This document shows positions 27,500-37,304 of a stretch of DNA of 64,000 nucleotides, piece by piece. Origin of the DNA: an uncultured Actinomycetes bacterium (lineage in GTDB: Bacteria; Actinomycetota; Thermoleophilia; Gaiellales; Gaiellaceae); assembly GCA_963779965.1 (NCBI GenBank), contig CAWAAP010000016.1, forward strand, positions 2,313-66,312, read 5' to 3'. Both the position numbers and the translations under genes were made by a program. Position 1 is the first letter of the stretch, and each line of letters opens with the position of its first letter. The notes beneath the pieces were generated by a model, which saw only the letters and a list, made by a program, of their open reading frames with translations, searched no databases and had not been told where the DNA came from.

Positions 27500-28087
27500 A
27501 TGCTCCAGCAAGTCTCACCAGGGTTGCGCCGCTGGACGGCGCGGCACGATCACTGGGAGGAGGACGTCGGCTCGCTCGCCGTGGAGACGAGTGACGGCCT
27601 GGTGCTGATCGACCCGATCGATCCGCCACGCGAGGTTGCGAAGGCCGACCACGTGCTCGTCACCGTCTACTGGCACGCACGCAGCGCGGGCGAGATCGGC
27701 GCGAAACACGTCTGGGCTTCGGCGCGCTCGAACCGTCCGCTCAAGACGAGAGGAGTCGACGTGACGGACCCGTTCCAAACGGGCGACGACTTGCCGGGCG
27801 GAATCCGCGCCTTCCAGACCGCACGCGCGGCGGAGGTCGTGTACTGGCTGCCCGACCAGGGCGCAGTCGTTGTCGGTGACGTGCTCCTCGGCGCCGGCGC
27901 GAAGCCGCGTCCGACTTCGGATCCGTTGCGCCTCTGTCCCGAACGCTGGCTGGGCAAGGGAACACACGAGGAGCTGCGCAGGACACTGCGGCCACTCCTC
28001 GATCTGCCGGTCGAAAGGGTGCTCGTCTCGCACGGCGTCCCCATCCTCAGCGGCGGCAAGCACGTGCTTGCCGCCGCTTTGAAGTAG
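27500..28087 (+). CDS. hypothetical protein (weak metallo-beta-lactamase-fold resemblance)
   Basis: 195-aa ORF with coding-like composition. No intact HxHxDH motif, so the functional call is weak. Confidence 0.5.
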   Translation: MLQQVSPGLRRWTARHDHWEEDVGSLAVETSDGLVLIDPIDPPREVAKADHVLVTVYWHARSAGEIGAKHVWASARSNRPLKTRGVDVTDPFQTGDDLPGGIRAFQTARAAEVVYWLPDQGAVVVGDVLLGAGAKPRPTSDPLRLCPERWLGKGTHEELRRTLRPLLDLPVERVLVSHGVPILSGGKHVLAAALK

Positions 28088-28097
28088 CTGCGGCTGC

Positions 28098-28874
28098 CTA
28101 AGGCAGCGTGACGAACTGCCCGAGGAAGGACCGGGCAGATGCCGTGTCCAACCGGTAGTCCACGTTCGTCGCCCGGCACATGAAGTCGCCGGTGATGGTC
28201 GTGCCCGCGACGATGTCCGTCTCGGTTGAACCGGCACCGAGGAAGTTCGGTCCACCCGAATCGCCGTAGCACGTGCCGCCGTCATCGTGAGCCGGATTCA
28301 TCGAAATCTTCAACCAGCTCTTGGTGGTCGTGTAGAGCCCGCCGGTCGCGACGTAGCGGATGTCGGCGTAGTGGAATGTCGGCCCGTGGTCGATCGTCAC
28401 CGACTGTGCGCCGTAGCCGACCGACGTGAATCTCGTTCCCGGTGCGATGTTCTCGAGTGAGCCGGCTCGCGGCAAATGTGCCGGCGTGATCCCGTTCACC
28501 TCTTTGTCGAACACGACGACCGCGATGTCGTACGGGTCGCTCTGCGCACCCCGATACCGCGGGTCGGCATTCCATGTGCCCCAGTAGGTGTTGCCGCCCT
28601 TCGCGACGTACTGCGAGTCGAAGGTGACCGCGACACGATCGACCCCGAGGTCGCAGTGAGCAGCGGTGAGAAAGACGGTCGGTGAGATGAGCGTGCCCGA
28701 GCACGCCTCCCAGGTCCCGTCTGAATACGCAACCGGCGCAAGCAGCGCGCCGACCTCCGGATGTCCCTCGCCGTCGGGACTTCCGTAGGTGATCGCACCT
28801 GCAATCGAACTGAAAGCCAGCGTGCCGAGCAGAACGGCCACGCAGGCCGCGATGACTCTCCCCATTCCCCCCAA
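28098..28874 (-). CDS. secreted trypsin-like serine protease (peptidase S1)
   Basis: Signal peptide, TAAHC (catalytic His) and GDSGGP (catalytic Ser). Confidence 0.85.
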   Translation of the reverse strand: MGGMGRVIAACVAVLLGTLAFSSIAGAITYGSPDGEGHPEVGALLAPVAYSDGTWEACSGTLISPTVFLTAAHCDLGVDRVAVTFDSQYVAKGGNTYWGTWNADPRYRGAQSDPYDIAVVVFDKEVNGITPAHLPRAGSLENIAPGTRFTSVGYGAQSVTIDHGPTFHYADIRYVATGGLYTTTKSWLKISMNPAHDDGGTCYGDSGGPNFLGAGSTETDIVAGTTITGDFMCRATNVDYRLDTASARSFLGQFVTLP

Positions 28875-28993
28875 CTCCCTTCGCTTGGCCTCGGAAACCC
28901 CGGAGGCTATCTCGTCCGCGCTGATCTTGGAAGGGCTATCTGCCTTGCTCGACTTCTCATCTGATTCTCACGGCCGGCAGGCAGGCTGCCGGG

Positions 28994-29671
28994 ATGCGCG
29001 TCTTGATCGTCGAGGACGAACTGAAGATGGCCAGTCTCCTCCGCCGGGGTTTGGTCGAGGAGGGACACGCAGCCGATGTCGCCGTCACCGGCGAGGACGC
29101 GGTGTGGATGGCGCAAGCGCATCCGTACGAGGCGATCGTGCTCGACGTCATGCTCCCCGGGCTGAACGGCTTCGAGACCTGCCGGCAGCTTCGGAATGCA
29201 GGCGTGTGGGCGCCCGTCCTCATGTTGACCGCGCGCGACGGCGTCGACGACCGGGTCGCCGGGCTGGATGTCGGGGCCGACGACTACCTGACGAAGCCCT
29301 TTTCCTTCGCCGAGCTGCTTGCGCGACTCCGCGCTCTCGTTAGACGCGGCGGCGGAGAACGACCGACCGAGCTGATCGTCGGGTCGCTTCGCCTCGACCC
29401 CGCAGCGCGCCGCGCCTGGCGCGGCCAGACGGAGATCAGCCTCTCACCGAAGGAGTTCGCGCTGCTGGAAGCTTTCATGCGCCGCCCCGGACAGGTTCTC
29501 TCCCGCCTGCAGTTGCTCGAGCATGCGTGGGATTTCGCCTACGAAAATCGGTCGAACGTCATCGACGTCTACGTGCGTTACATCCGTGAGAAGGTCGACC
29601 GGCCGTTCGGAACGGAGTCGATCGAGACAGTGCGTGGCGTCGGCTATCGCCTCCGCGAGGACGAAGAGTGA
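28994..29671 (+). CDS. OmpR-family response regulator
   Basis: Receiver domain (MRVLIVEDE, IVLDVMLPG, LTKPF) plus a winged-helix output domain (TVRGVGYRL). Confidence 0.9.
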   Translation: MRVLIVEDELKMASLLRRGLVEEGHAADVAVTGEDAVWMAQAHPYEAIVLDVMLPGLNGFETCRQLRNAGVWAPVLMLTARDGVDDRVAGLDVGADDYLTKPFSFAELLARLRALVRRGGGERPTELIVGSLRLDPAARRAWRGQTEISLSPKEFALLEAFMRRPGQVLSRLQLLEHAWDFAYENRSNVIDVYVRYIREKVDRPFGTESIETVRGVGYRLREDEE

Positions 29672-31032
29672 ACCGGCTGCCGATCAGGCTGAGGCTGACA
29701 CTCTTCTTTGCACTCGCGATGGCCGTCGTGCTCCTGCTTGCGGGCTGGCTTGTCTACGCGCGCGTATCGCACAACCTCTCCAGCGCTCTCGACCAGCAGC
29801 TGCGCTCACGCGCGCAGGACGTCTCGGCGCTCGTGCGCCGCGAAGGAGCACTGAGGTCCACCGGCGGCACCCTCGTGGAGCACGGAGAGTCGTTTGCGCA
29901 ACTGCTCAGCGCCAAGGGCGCGGTTCTCGACGCGACGACTCGTCGCGACCACACGCCCCTTCTCCCGCCTCGCGATTTCGCTCGCGCTCTTCGCGGTCCG
30001 ATGTTCCTTAATCGGAGCTCCACCCCCGAGCTCGACGAGCCGGCGCGGTTGCTGGCCGTACCGGTCGAGCGAGGATCCAGCCGCCTGGTGCTTGTCGTCG
30101 GCGCAACGCGAGAGAACAGGGCGGAGACGCTCGAGAGCCTGCGCAATGCATTCCTCATCGGCGGCCCGCTGGCACTGCTCCTCGCCGCGCTCGCCGGCTA
30201 CGGTCTCGCCGCGTCGGCATTGCGTCCGATCGAAGCGATGCGACGACGGGCCGCGGACATCTCGGCGTCGTCACTCGACGACCGGCTCCCGGTCCCGCCG
30301 AGCAGAGACGAGGTGTCGCGGCTCGGAGAAACGCTCAACGAGATGCTGACCCGGATCGGCGACGGGCTCGCCCGCGAGCGGCGTTTCGTCGCGGATGCAA
30401 GCCATGAGCTGAGGACACCGCTCGCGCTGATCAAGACAGAGCTCGAGTTGGCGCTCAGGCGGTCGCGGTCAACCGAAGAGCTCGAGGCAGCGATTCGCGG
30501 CGCAGCCGAGGACACCGAGCGTCTCTCCAGGATCGCGGACGATCTGCTGCTGCTCGCCAGGGCCGAGCAGGGACGCGTTCCGCTGCGCTCCGAGCCCGTC
30601 GACGTCCCGGACGTCTTCGAGACCGTCGCGGGACGTTTTCGCTCTCGCGCCGAGTCAGAGCGACGGGACCTATCCGTGGCGGCAGGCGATCCCCTCGTCG
30701 TCTCGGCCGACCGCTCGCTCCTGGAGCAGGCGCTCGCGAACATGGTCGACAACGCGTTCACTCACGGTGCCGGCCGCGTCAGTCTCAGGACAGAGCAACG
30801 CAACGGATCTACGGAGCTGCACGTCCTCGACGAAGGCAGGGGGTTTCCGGCCGACTTCCTTCACCATGCCTTCGAGCGCTTCAGCCGGGCGCAGAGAACG
30901 ACCGCCGACGGAAGCGGCCTCGGCCTGGCAATCGTCGAGACGATCGCCGAAGCCCACGGATGGGAAGCACGCGCCGCGAACGCGCCCGGCGGTGGAACAG
31001 ACGTCTGGCTCGCCCTGACTGTAGAGCGCTAG
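29668..31032 (+). CDS. sensor histidine kinase (TM-HAMP-HisKA-HATPase)
   Basis: GTG start overlapping the regulator stop. H-box FVADASHELRTPL, N-box NMVDNAFTHG, G-box GSGLGLAIV. Confidence 0.9.
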   Translation: MNRLPIRLRLTLFFALAMAVVLLLAGWLVYARVSHNLSSALDQQLRSRAQDVSALVRREGALRSTGGTLVEHGESFAQLLSAKGAVLDATTRRDHTPLLPPRDFARALRGPMFLNRSSTPELDEPARLLAVPVERGSSRLVLVVGATRENRAETLESLRNAFLIGGPLALLLAALAGYGLAASALRPIEAMRRRAADISASSLDDRLPVPPSRDEVSRLGETLNEMLTRIGDGLARERRFVADASHELRTPLALIKTELELALRRSRSTEELEAAIRGAAEDTERLSRIADDLLLLARAEQGRVPLRSEPVDVPDVFETVAGRFRSRAESERRDLSVAAGDPLVVSADRSLLEQALANMVDNAFTHGAGRVSLRTEQRNGSTELHVLDEGRGFPADFLHHAFERFSRAQRTTADGSGLGLAIVETIAEAHGWEARAANAPGGGTDVWLALTVER

Positions 31033-31244
31033 CGATCTTCGCTGGACACGGCCACAGTCGAGTCGGCCGCGAGCGCTTCGTCAGTCGGGTCAATCGGGTC
31101 CGTCGTGTTCCCCACGGGAGCCTCGACCGGCTCACCGTCGTATGAATACGTACCGGCGGCCTTCGCCGCGGCTGCTGCCGCCTTCTTCTCTTCCTTCAGC
31201 TCGCGCTTCTCTTTGACCTTGCGCTCGCGCGTCAGCTTGGCCAT
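31029..31244 (-). CDS. small Lys/Glu-rich hypothetical protein (71 aa)
   Basis: Only the last 71 codons of ORF 31029..31979 (MAKLTRERKVKEKRELKEEKK...) look coding; the rest is an Arg-rich shadow. Confidence 0.4.
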   Translation of the reverse strand: MAKLTRERKVKEKRELKEEKKAAAAAAKAAGTYSYDGEPVEAPVGNTTDPIDPTDEALAADSTVAVSSEDR

Positions 31245-31375
31245 TGTCGTCTGTCTCTTGGAGCCCAACGCAGCCCTTCCTCTCTGTTGATTTGCCTGCA
31301 GAATAGCTTGAACAAGCGGACGGAGGCCCGCCGTTCGACTACTGCACAAAGGCGCTGCCTTGGCAGCCCGCGTGG

Positions 31376-32176
31376 TCAGACGACGGGCGAAGGGGCGAGA
31401 CGCTCGTAGTGCTCGCGTGCCGAGGCAAGGATTCGATCGGCACTGACGGGCATGTTCGCGCTGATCCACATCAACGCGAGCTGGGCCACTGAGATCCGCT
31501 CCCGCCGTGCCTCCTCGGCGACGAGCAGATAGACCTTGCCTGCTTCCGCGCGGCCGAGGATCTCTCCGAGCGCGCGGTCCACCGCGACCGTGAGACGAGT
31601 GGAGTCGAAGGCCGGCTTCACGTGCGTGTGGCTGCGGCAGACTCCCGGCAGCGTCGTTGCCTGCGAGGCACGGTCGAAGACGTCTAGCCGATAACCGCAC
31701 AGGAGCGAGAAGTCCCGCTTCCGTGCAAGCCGGTTCCAAAGGTCTTCCAGGGCAAGCGCAGCCTCGCGCTCGCCACGAAGACAAAGTAGGTCGACCATCT
31801 CGCCGAACGCGCGGATCCGGCGGCCGGGGTGACGCTGCGAGATCGAATCCAGTACACCGCCCACGACGTCTTCGAAGCGAACCGGTGAAGGGCGTCCGCC
31901 CGACATGAAAGCCGCCAGGGTGGCCTCGGCATCCGCGATCGTGAGCAGTCCCTCCGCCTGAAGTCCGGCGAGGTCCCAATTGCGAGTCGCGAGCGCATCG
32001 GCGAAGAGAGCCCAGTGTTCGGTAGAAGCGACGACCAGCGCCGGATCGCCGACCGCGAAACCTGCCGCGAGGTACGAAGTGACGGAGTCGGCCAACTCGT
32101 TCTCATGACGATAGATCTGGACGGCGTGGCCGCCGCTCGGAGCCCCACGCAGGAAGTCGGTCCAGGTCTTCGGCAT
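31376..32176 (-). CDS. MEDS-domain protein
   Basis: 266-aa ORF. The N-terminus (GGHAVQIYRHENELADSVTSYLAAGFAVGDPALVV) matches the MEDS sensory-domain pattern. Confidence 0.65.
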   Translation of the reverse strand: MPKTWTDFLRGAPSGGHAVQIYRHENELADSVTSYLAAGFAVGDPALVVASTEHWALFADALATRNWDLAGLQAEGLLTIADAEATLAAFMSGGRPSPVRFEDVVGGVLDSISQRHPGRRIRAFGEMVDLLCLRGEREAALALEDLWNRLARKRDFSLLCGYRLDVFDRASQATTLPGVCRSHTHVKPAFDSTRLTVAVDRALGEILGRAEAGKVYLLVAEEARRERISVAQLALMWISANMPVSADRILASAREHYERLAPSPVV

Positions 32177-32250
32177 GCTCTGTTCGTAGCCGCGAAACGG
32201 AGCATTGAAACGTCCGAGCCGGCCGTCAGCACCACGATTACGATGGCTGC

Positions 32251-33846
32251 GTGATCGATGAGGCAGCCGTGGCGGCCATCGACGAGGCCGTTCAGACCGA
32301 GATGGAGCGCGCGCGACAGCCGGGATTGACGCTCGGCCTCACGGATCGGGACGGCACGCTTCTGATCCGTACCTACGGATTTGCGGATCTTGCGTCGCGA
32401 CAGCCCGTAACTCCCGAGACGCTGTTCGAGATCGGCTCCATTGGCAAGACGTTCACCGCGGTGGCAACTCTCCAGCTGGTCGACGAGGGGCGAATCGACC
32501 TGCACGCACCCGTCGCGCGTTATCTCCCGTGGTTCACGGTGCCGCAGCCTGCGGGTCATGCGCCGATCACGATCTCGCATCTGCTGTCCCACACCTCCGG
32601 GATCGTGGCCGGCATCGACGGGACTCCGGAGGCGGCGTTCCAGGTCTGGTCGCTGCGCGACCTGCCGACGCGTTCTGCGCCGGGCGAGCGCTTCCACTAC
32701 TCCAATGTCGGCTACAAGGCGCTCGGACTCGTGCTGGAAGCGCTCGAAGGCCGGCCGTATCGCGAGATCATTCGCGATCGCATCCTGGTTCCCCTCGAGA
32801 TGTCGGCGACAGAGCCCGCGATCACGCACGACACTCGCGCCCGGCTGGCCGTGGGCTACGAGTACCTCCACGATGACCGGCTGAGCCACCCTGATTCACC
32901 GCTCGCGCCCGCAACCTGGCTCGAGACCGAAACAGCGGACGGCTCGATCGCCTCGACCGCCGCAGACATGTGCGCCTTCGTGAGGCTGCTCCTGCGCAGG
33001 GGCGAGGGCCTACTCAGTGAGGACGCATTCGCGCAGATGAGCACCGGAAATCCCATCGAGGACGAGAACGACGCGTACGGCTACGGGCTGCTGATGCGCA
33101 ACCTCGACGGACGGCGGTTCATCGGGCACGGCGGCGGCATGGTCGGCTACCTCGCGGGCCTGCAGGTGGACATGGACGCGAACCTCGGCGCCATCGTCCT
33201 GCAGAACGGCATGGGCGCACACCCGATGATGCTTGCTCGAGCGGTTCTCCGGATCGCAGACGGAGAGCCGGCGAAGCCCGCGGGCACTCCGCCTTCTGAG
33301 CTGGACGAACTTGCGGGCATTTACGAGACTGACGAGCCCGATTGCGAGCCGATCGAGCTAGTCGCGGCTGCGAGTGGACCGGTGCTTCGCAGCAGTGGTC
33401 AGGAAATCGGGCTCCAAGAACTCGACAACGATTTGTTCCTGGCGGCAGATCCGGCGTTCGACCGGTTCCCCATCCGCGTGGAGCGGCAAGCGGCTGACAG
33501 CCCGGAGCTCTGGCACGGCGGACAGCGATATGTCCCGGAGGGAACGGCACCGCGGCGACTTCCCAAACCGTCCGCAGAGCTTCAGGCGATTCCCGGTCAC
33601 TATCGCTCCCACAACCCATGGACGACCAACTTCAGGATCGTCCTGCGCGGGGACGAACCGTGGCTCATCTTCGCCGGGGCACCCGACGGGTTCGACACCG
33701 AGCAGATCCTCGTTCCCCTCGATGACAGCTCGTACCGCGTAGGCACGGATCCCGGCAACCCTGAAACCGTCAGCTTCGACACCCTGGTGGGTGGGCAGGC
33801 GCTCCGGGCTTGGCTGTCAGGCTGGCCCTACTACCGAGCCGGCTGA
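32251..33846 (+). CDS. serine hydrolase, beta-lactamase/PBP4-like (class C fold) with an extra C-terminal domain
   Basis: SxxK motif in EIGSIGKTFTA, a YSN motif (HYSNVGY) and HGGG near the KTG position. A roughly 180-aa C-terminal extension follows. Confidence 0.85.
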   Translation: MIDEAAVAAIDEAVQTEMERARQPGLTLGLTDRDGTLLIRTYGFADLASRQPVTPETLFEIGSIGKTFTAVATLQLVDEGRIDLHAPVARYLPWFTVPQPAGHAPITISHLLSHTSGIVAGIDGTPEAAFQVWSLRDLPTRSAPGERFHYSNVGYKALGLVLEALEGRPYREIIRDRILVPLEMSATEPAITHDTRARLAVGYEYLHDDRLSHPDSPLAPATWLETETADGSIASTAADMCAFVRLLLRRGEGLLSEDAFAQMSTGNPIEDENDAYGYGLLMRNLDGRRFIGHGGGMVGYLAGLQVDMDANLGAIVLQNGMGAHPMMLARAVLRIADGEPAKPAGTPPSELDELAGIYETDEPDCEPIELVAAASGPVLRSSGQEIGLQELDNDLFLAADPAFDRFPIRVERQAADSPELWHGGQRYVPEGTAPRRLPKPSAELQAIPGHYRSHNPWTTNFRIVLRGDEPWLIFAGAPDGFDTEQILVPLDDSSYRVGTDPGNPETVSFDTLVGGQALRAWLSGWPYYRAG

Positions 33847-33977
33847 ACAGAGACCCCTTTTCGGGCGGCATGACGGTACGAAACGGGTAGAGCGACGCCG
33901 CAGTTGGCGGCCGATCAGAGGAGTGCGGATTCCTTTGCTGGGCTCGCTCCCTCTACCTACAGAAGGGTCAACACGAC

Positions 33978-34484
33978 ATGCGGAAGCTCCTGTTCCTTGC
34001 CGGCACCCTCGCCGCCCTCGCGGGTCTCAGCGCTCTGCCCGCCAACTCGGCGACCCCGGCGACGTTCCAGTTGATCGCAGGCACGCTCTCGATCAGCTCT
34101 CCTACCGGCGGCGTGTCACTCGGATCGCAGGTCTCGTCGGTTACCTCGAGCACGATGTCCGGTTCGCTCGGCGTCGTCACGGTCTCCGACCAGCGCGGCG
34201 GCACAACGACCTGGACGGCATCTGTGATTTCGACGGCATTCATTCCCACGGCCGGTCCGGCCGACCCGGCTAGCAACGTCAGTTATGCGGCGGGCACGAT
34301 CACTGCGTCCGGCGTGGTTGCGACAGCGGTCGCCGGAGTAGATCTCACAGGAGTGACGACCGTCGTCACCGGCGCAAGCACCGGCGTCAGCTCCGCCAGT
34401 TGGAACCCCACCATCTCGGTGCTCGTGCCGGCGAACTTCGCGCCCGGCATCTACGGGGCCACAATCACGCACTCGGTCGCTTAA
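33978..34484 (+). CDS. secreted WxL-like surface protein
   Basis: Signal peptide. VTVSDQRGGTTTWTASV resembles the first WxL motif region. Thr/Ser/Gly-rich beta protein, directly upstream of a DUF916-like gene. Confidence 0.55.
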   Translation: MRKLLFLAGTLAALAGLSALPANSATPATFQLIAGTLSISSPTGGVSLGSQVSSVTSSTMSGSLGVVTVSDQRGGTTTWTASVISTAFIPTAGPADPASNVSYAAGTITASGVVATAVAGVDLTGVTTVVTGASTGVSSASWNPTISVLVPANFAPGIYGATITHSVA

Positions 34485-34502
34485 GCCGAGGAACACGCAA
34501 AC

Positions 34503-35357
34503 GTGCATGGCCGCCTGATCGCTGCGCTCCTGGCCGGGATCATGATCCCGGCCTCGGGCGCGCTCGCGGCGGCGCCACAGCCCACAGACGCCGGCATCGG
34601 CATCCGGATCGTGGACGCCCCGCCGGATTCATCGCGCAACGATCCCCTTGCCCTCTCGTACATCGTCAACCGGCTGGCACCGGGCAAGACCATCCAGCGG
34701 CGGATCGAAGTCAGCAACAGCACCCGCTCGACCGCGGCCGTTGCGGTCTACCCGGCATCGGCCGGTCTCCGTCGAGGCGAGTTCGTGTTCGGCCCCAACC
34801 ACAACAAGAACGAGCTCGCCGGCTGGACGTCGGTGAGCCGGAGCGTAGTGCGCTTGCAGTCGGGAACCAAGGCATTCGAAACAGTGACCATCCGAGTCCC
34901 CAGGGACGCGTCAGCCGGCGAGCGCTACGCAGTCATCTGGGCCGAGGTGGCAACATCGGGATCGGGCGGCGTCAAGCTCGCGAATCGGGTCGGCATCCGG
35001 ATGTATCTGTCGGTCGGCGCGGGCGGCGCACCTCCGACCAACTTCGCAATCGGCCGGCTCACCGCGAAACGCTCGTCCTCGGGGCAGTCGCTCGTGGTCG
35101 CGAGAATCCACAACAGCGGGAAGCGCACCATCGCCGTCAGTGGCAACCTGACACTGTCCAATGGCCCCGGTGGAGTTCGCGCCGGGCCGTTCGCAGCGAG
35201 GCTGGTCATGCCCCTCACGCCCGGCAGCACGAGGGCCGTGACGGTGAGACTCGACAAGCAACTCCCCCGCGGCCCGTGGCGAGCTCAGCTGCGGCTCAAG
35301 AGCAGACTGATCCAGCGAGTTGCGGTCGCGACGCTCACTTTCCCCCGCCGCCGCTAG
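34503..35357 (+). CDS. secreted DUF916-like cell-surface protein
   Basis: Signal peptide. The pattern YIVNRLAPGKTIQRRIEVSNST...AGWTSVS...VTIRVPRDASAGERYAVIWAEV resembles DUF916 proteins from WxL clusters. Confidence 0.55.
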   Translation: MHGRLIAALLAGIMIPASGALAAAPQPTDAGIGIRIVDAPPDSSRNDPLALSYIVNRLAPGKTIQRRIEVSNSTRSTAAVAVYPASAGLRRGEFVFGPNHNKNELAGWTSVSRSVVRLQSGTKAFETVTIRVPRDASAGERYAVIWAEVATSGSGGVKLANRVGIRMYLSVGAGGAPPTNFAIGRLTAKRSSSGQSLVVARIHNSGKRTIAVSGNLTLSNGPGGVRAGPFAARLVMPLTPGSTRAVTVRLDKQLPRGPWRAQLRLKSRLIQRVAVATLTFPRRR

Positions 35358-35428
35358 CCCAACTCTTCATCCGGGCTTCATACAGACGCGGCCCTGGAAA
35401 ACATGCGGCGATCTACGAGAACGTGCAC

Positions 35429-35767
35429 ATGGCACTTTTCCTGATCATCGAACCCGATGAAGACGTTCGACGGCTCTATACGGCAGTCGTCCGCGGGCTA
35501 GGCCACGAGGCGGCCTTCTTCGACGGCCTCCCCACCACCCGCAAGCCCGACGTCGTTCTCGTCGAGCCGGCTGACTCGAACTCACTCGCTGCCGCCCTGC
35601 GGCTGCAGCACGACCACCCGAATCTTCCGATCGTGTGCGCGAGTGTCGACAAGCCGACCCCCGAGGAAACTCACGGGCTGCGGGCAACCACGTATCTACT
35701 GAAGCCGTTCAACCTGGGCGAGCTGACGAATGCGCTACAGCTGGCGCTCTCGCAAGGGAGTAACTGA
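35429..35767 (+). CDS. stand-alone receiver-like protein with Glu at the phospho-acceptor position (pseudo-receiver)
   Basis: ATG at 35429 within ORF 34400..35767. It has LIIEPDED in place of the DD pair and VVLVEPAD in place of the acceptor Asp. CAS and the LKPF Lys are retained. Confidence 0.6.
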   Translation: MALFLIIEPDEDVRRLYTAVVRGLGHEAAFFDGLPTTRKPDVVLVEPADSNSLAAALRLQHDHPNLPIVCASVDKPTPEETHGLRATTYLLKPFNLGELTNALQLALSQGSN

Positions 35768-35800
35768 ATGGGTATGCACGAGGGCATGGAGGGGTCGCCC

Positions 35801-36232
35801 CTAAGCGGGCGGCCCCGGGAGCACGCCGACCTGCTGCAGCACCCGCGCGATGTCGGTGACCGACCAGTATTCGACGATCTTGCCGTCGCGGACGCGGTGG
35901 ATCGCAATCCCTTCGGTCTCGACCGAATTGTTCGTTGCGGGGATGCCTAGGAGCTCTCCCGCGTGGACGCCGCGGCCGAAGATCTGGCTGACGACGAGAT
36001 CATCCTCGGCGATCTGCATCCCGATTTCGTGAGTCCCGGGAGTCGCCACCCGAAAGATCTCTGCCGCTTGCTTCATTCCCTCACGATCCAGGCTGACTCC
36101 GGGAATCGGAGGATTGTGCGCGACGAAATCCTCTGCGATGTACTCGTCAAGGATGCTCCAGTCGCTCGTCTTGTTGGCATCGACCGCCTGGATGTAGCGC
36201 CGGATCAGTTCCTTGTTTCCATCGGGTGACAT
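35801..36232 (-). CDS. SnoaL-like ester cyclase (NTF2 fold)
   Basis: 143-aa ORF with NKELIRRYIQAVD, DFVAHNP and GKIVEYW, typical of the ester cyclase family. Confidence 0.8.
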   Translation of the reverse strand: MSPDGNKELIRRYIQAVDANKTSDWSILDEYIAEDFVAHNPPIPGVSLDREGMKQAAEIFRVATPGTHEIGMQIAEDDLVVSQIFGRGVHAGELLGIPATNNSVETEGIAIHRVRDGKIVEYWSVTDIARVLQQVGVLPGPPA

Positions 36233-36317
36233 GCAAGTCGCCTCCTGCTCTTGGGGCCTGGACGCAGAAGTTATCCTCGGACCCGCCGGGCCGCGCCATT
36301 AGCGAGAGGATGGGCCG

Positions 36318-37304
36318 ATGACCGAACCGTTGCGATGGGGATTGATCGGAACCGGCGGGATCGCCGAGACCTTCGCGGCCGATCTCTCGTTCACCGACTC
36401 TGGTCGCGTGACGGCTGTCGGGTCGCGCACCATGGACTCCGCGAATCGATTCGCCGATCGGTTCGACATTCCCAACCGACATGCGAGCTACGAGGCGCTC
36501 GTCGCCGACCCCGACGTCGACGTCGTGTACGTGGCGACTCCGCATCCGATGCACCACCCGAACACGCTCCTCGCGTTGCACGCCGGCAAACCCGCGCTCG
36601 TTGAGAAGGCATTCACGATGACCGCTGCCGAGGCCGAAGATCTGGTGGCCACCGCTCGCGCCGAGGGACTGTTCCTGATGGAGGCGATGTGGACGCGCTG
36701 TCTTCCCCACATCGCAGAGATCCGCCGCCTGCTCGCCGAAGGAGCTCTTGGGGACATCGTCACGGTCATCGCCGACCATGGGCAGTGGTTCGAGAAAGAC
36801 CCCGAGTTTCGACTCTTTGCCCCGGAGCTCGGAGGGGGCGCGCTGCTGGACCTCGGCGTCTATCCGGTCTCGTTCGCCTCGATGATTCTGGGTAAGCCGG
36901 ACCGCATCGTGACGCTCATCGACCCGGCGTTCACCGGCGTCGACGGGCAAACGTCGATGTTGTTCGGGTATGCGAACGGCGCACAGGCCGTCTTGAACTG
37001 CACGCTCTTCGCGCAGGGCCCGACCCGAGGGGCGATCGTCGGCACCGATGCCCGCATCGAGATCGAGGGCGAGTTCTATGCGCCGACCTCGTTCACGCTC
37101 GTTTCACGAACAGGAGAGCGAACCACCTTCGAGACGGCGCATGAGGGCACCGGTCTCTGGCACGAGGCCGACGAGGTCGCCCGCTGTCTGCGCGAGGGAC
37201 TCCTCGAAAGCCCGCTGATGCCCCTGGACGAGAGTGTCTCGATCATGGAGACGATGGACGCCGTGCTCGCCCAGGCTTTCGGCGACTCAGTCGGCCATGA
37301 CTGA
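36318..37304 (+). CDS. Gfo/Idh/MocA family oxidoreductase
   Basis: Motifs RWGLIGTGGIA (Rossmann), VDVVYVATPHPMH and EKAFT. Confidence 0.9.
   Translation: MTEPLRWGLIGTGGIAETFAADLSFTDSGRVTAVGSRTMDSANRFADRFDIPNRHASYEALVADPDVDVVYVATPHPMHHPNTLLALHAGKPALVEKAFTMTAAEAEDLVATARAEGLFLMEAMWTRCLPHIAEIRRLLAEGALGDIVTVIADHGQWFEKDPEFRLFAPELGGGALLDLGVYPVSFASMILGKPDRIVTLIDPAFTGVDGQTSMLFGYANGAQAVLNCTLFAQGPTRGAIVGTDARIEIEGEFYAPTSFTLVSRTGERTTFETAHEGTGLWHEADEVARCLREGLLESPLMPLDESVSIMETMDAVLAQAFGDSVGHD

Noticed and set aside
31245-31979. Upstream 245 codons of ORF 31029..31979, and ORF 34400..35767 (455 aa), as real long proteins.
   Set aside because: The translations are Arg/Pro/Gly-rich and overlap better-supported genes in other frames or on the other strand (MEDS protein, DUF916-like protein). 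Only the terminal 71 and 112 codons respectively look genuine.
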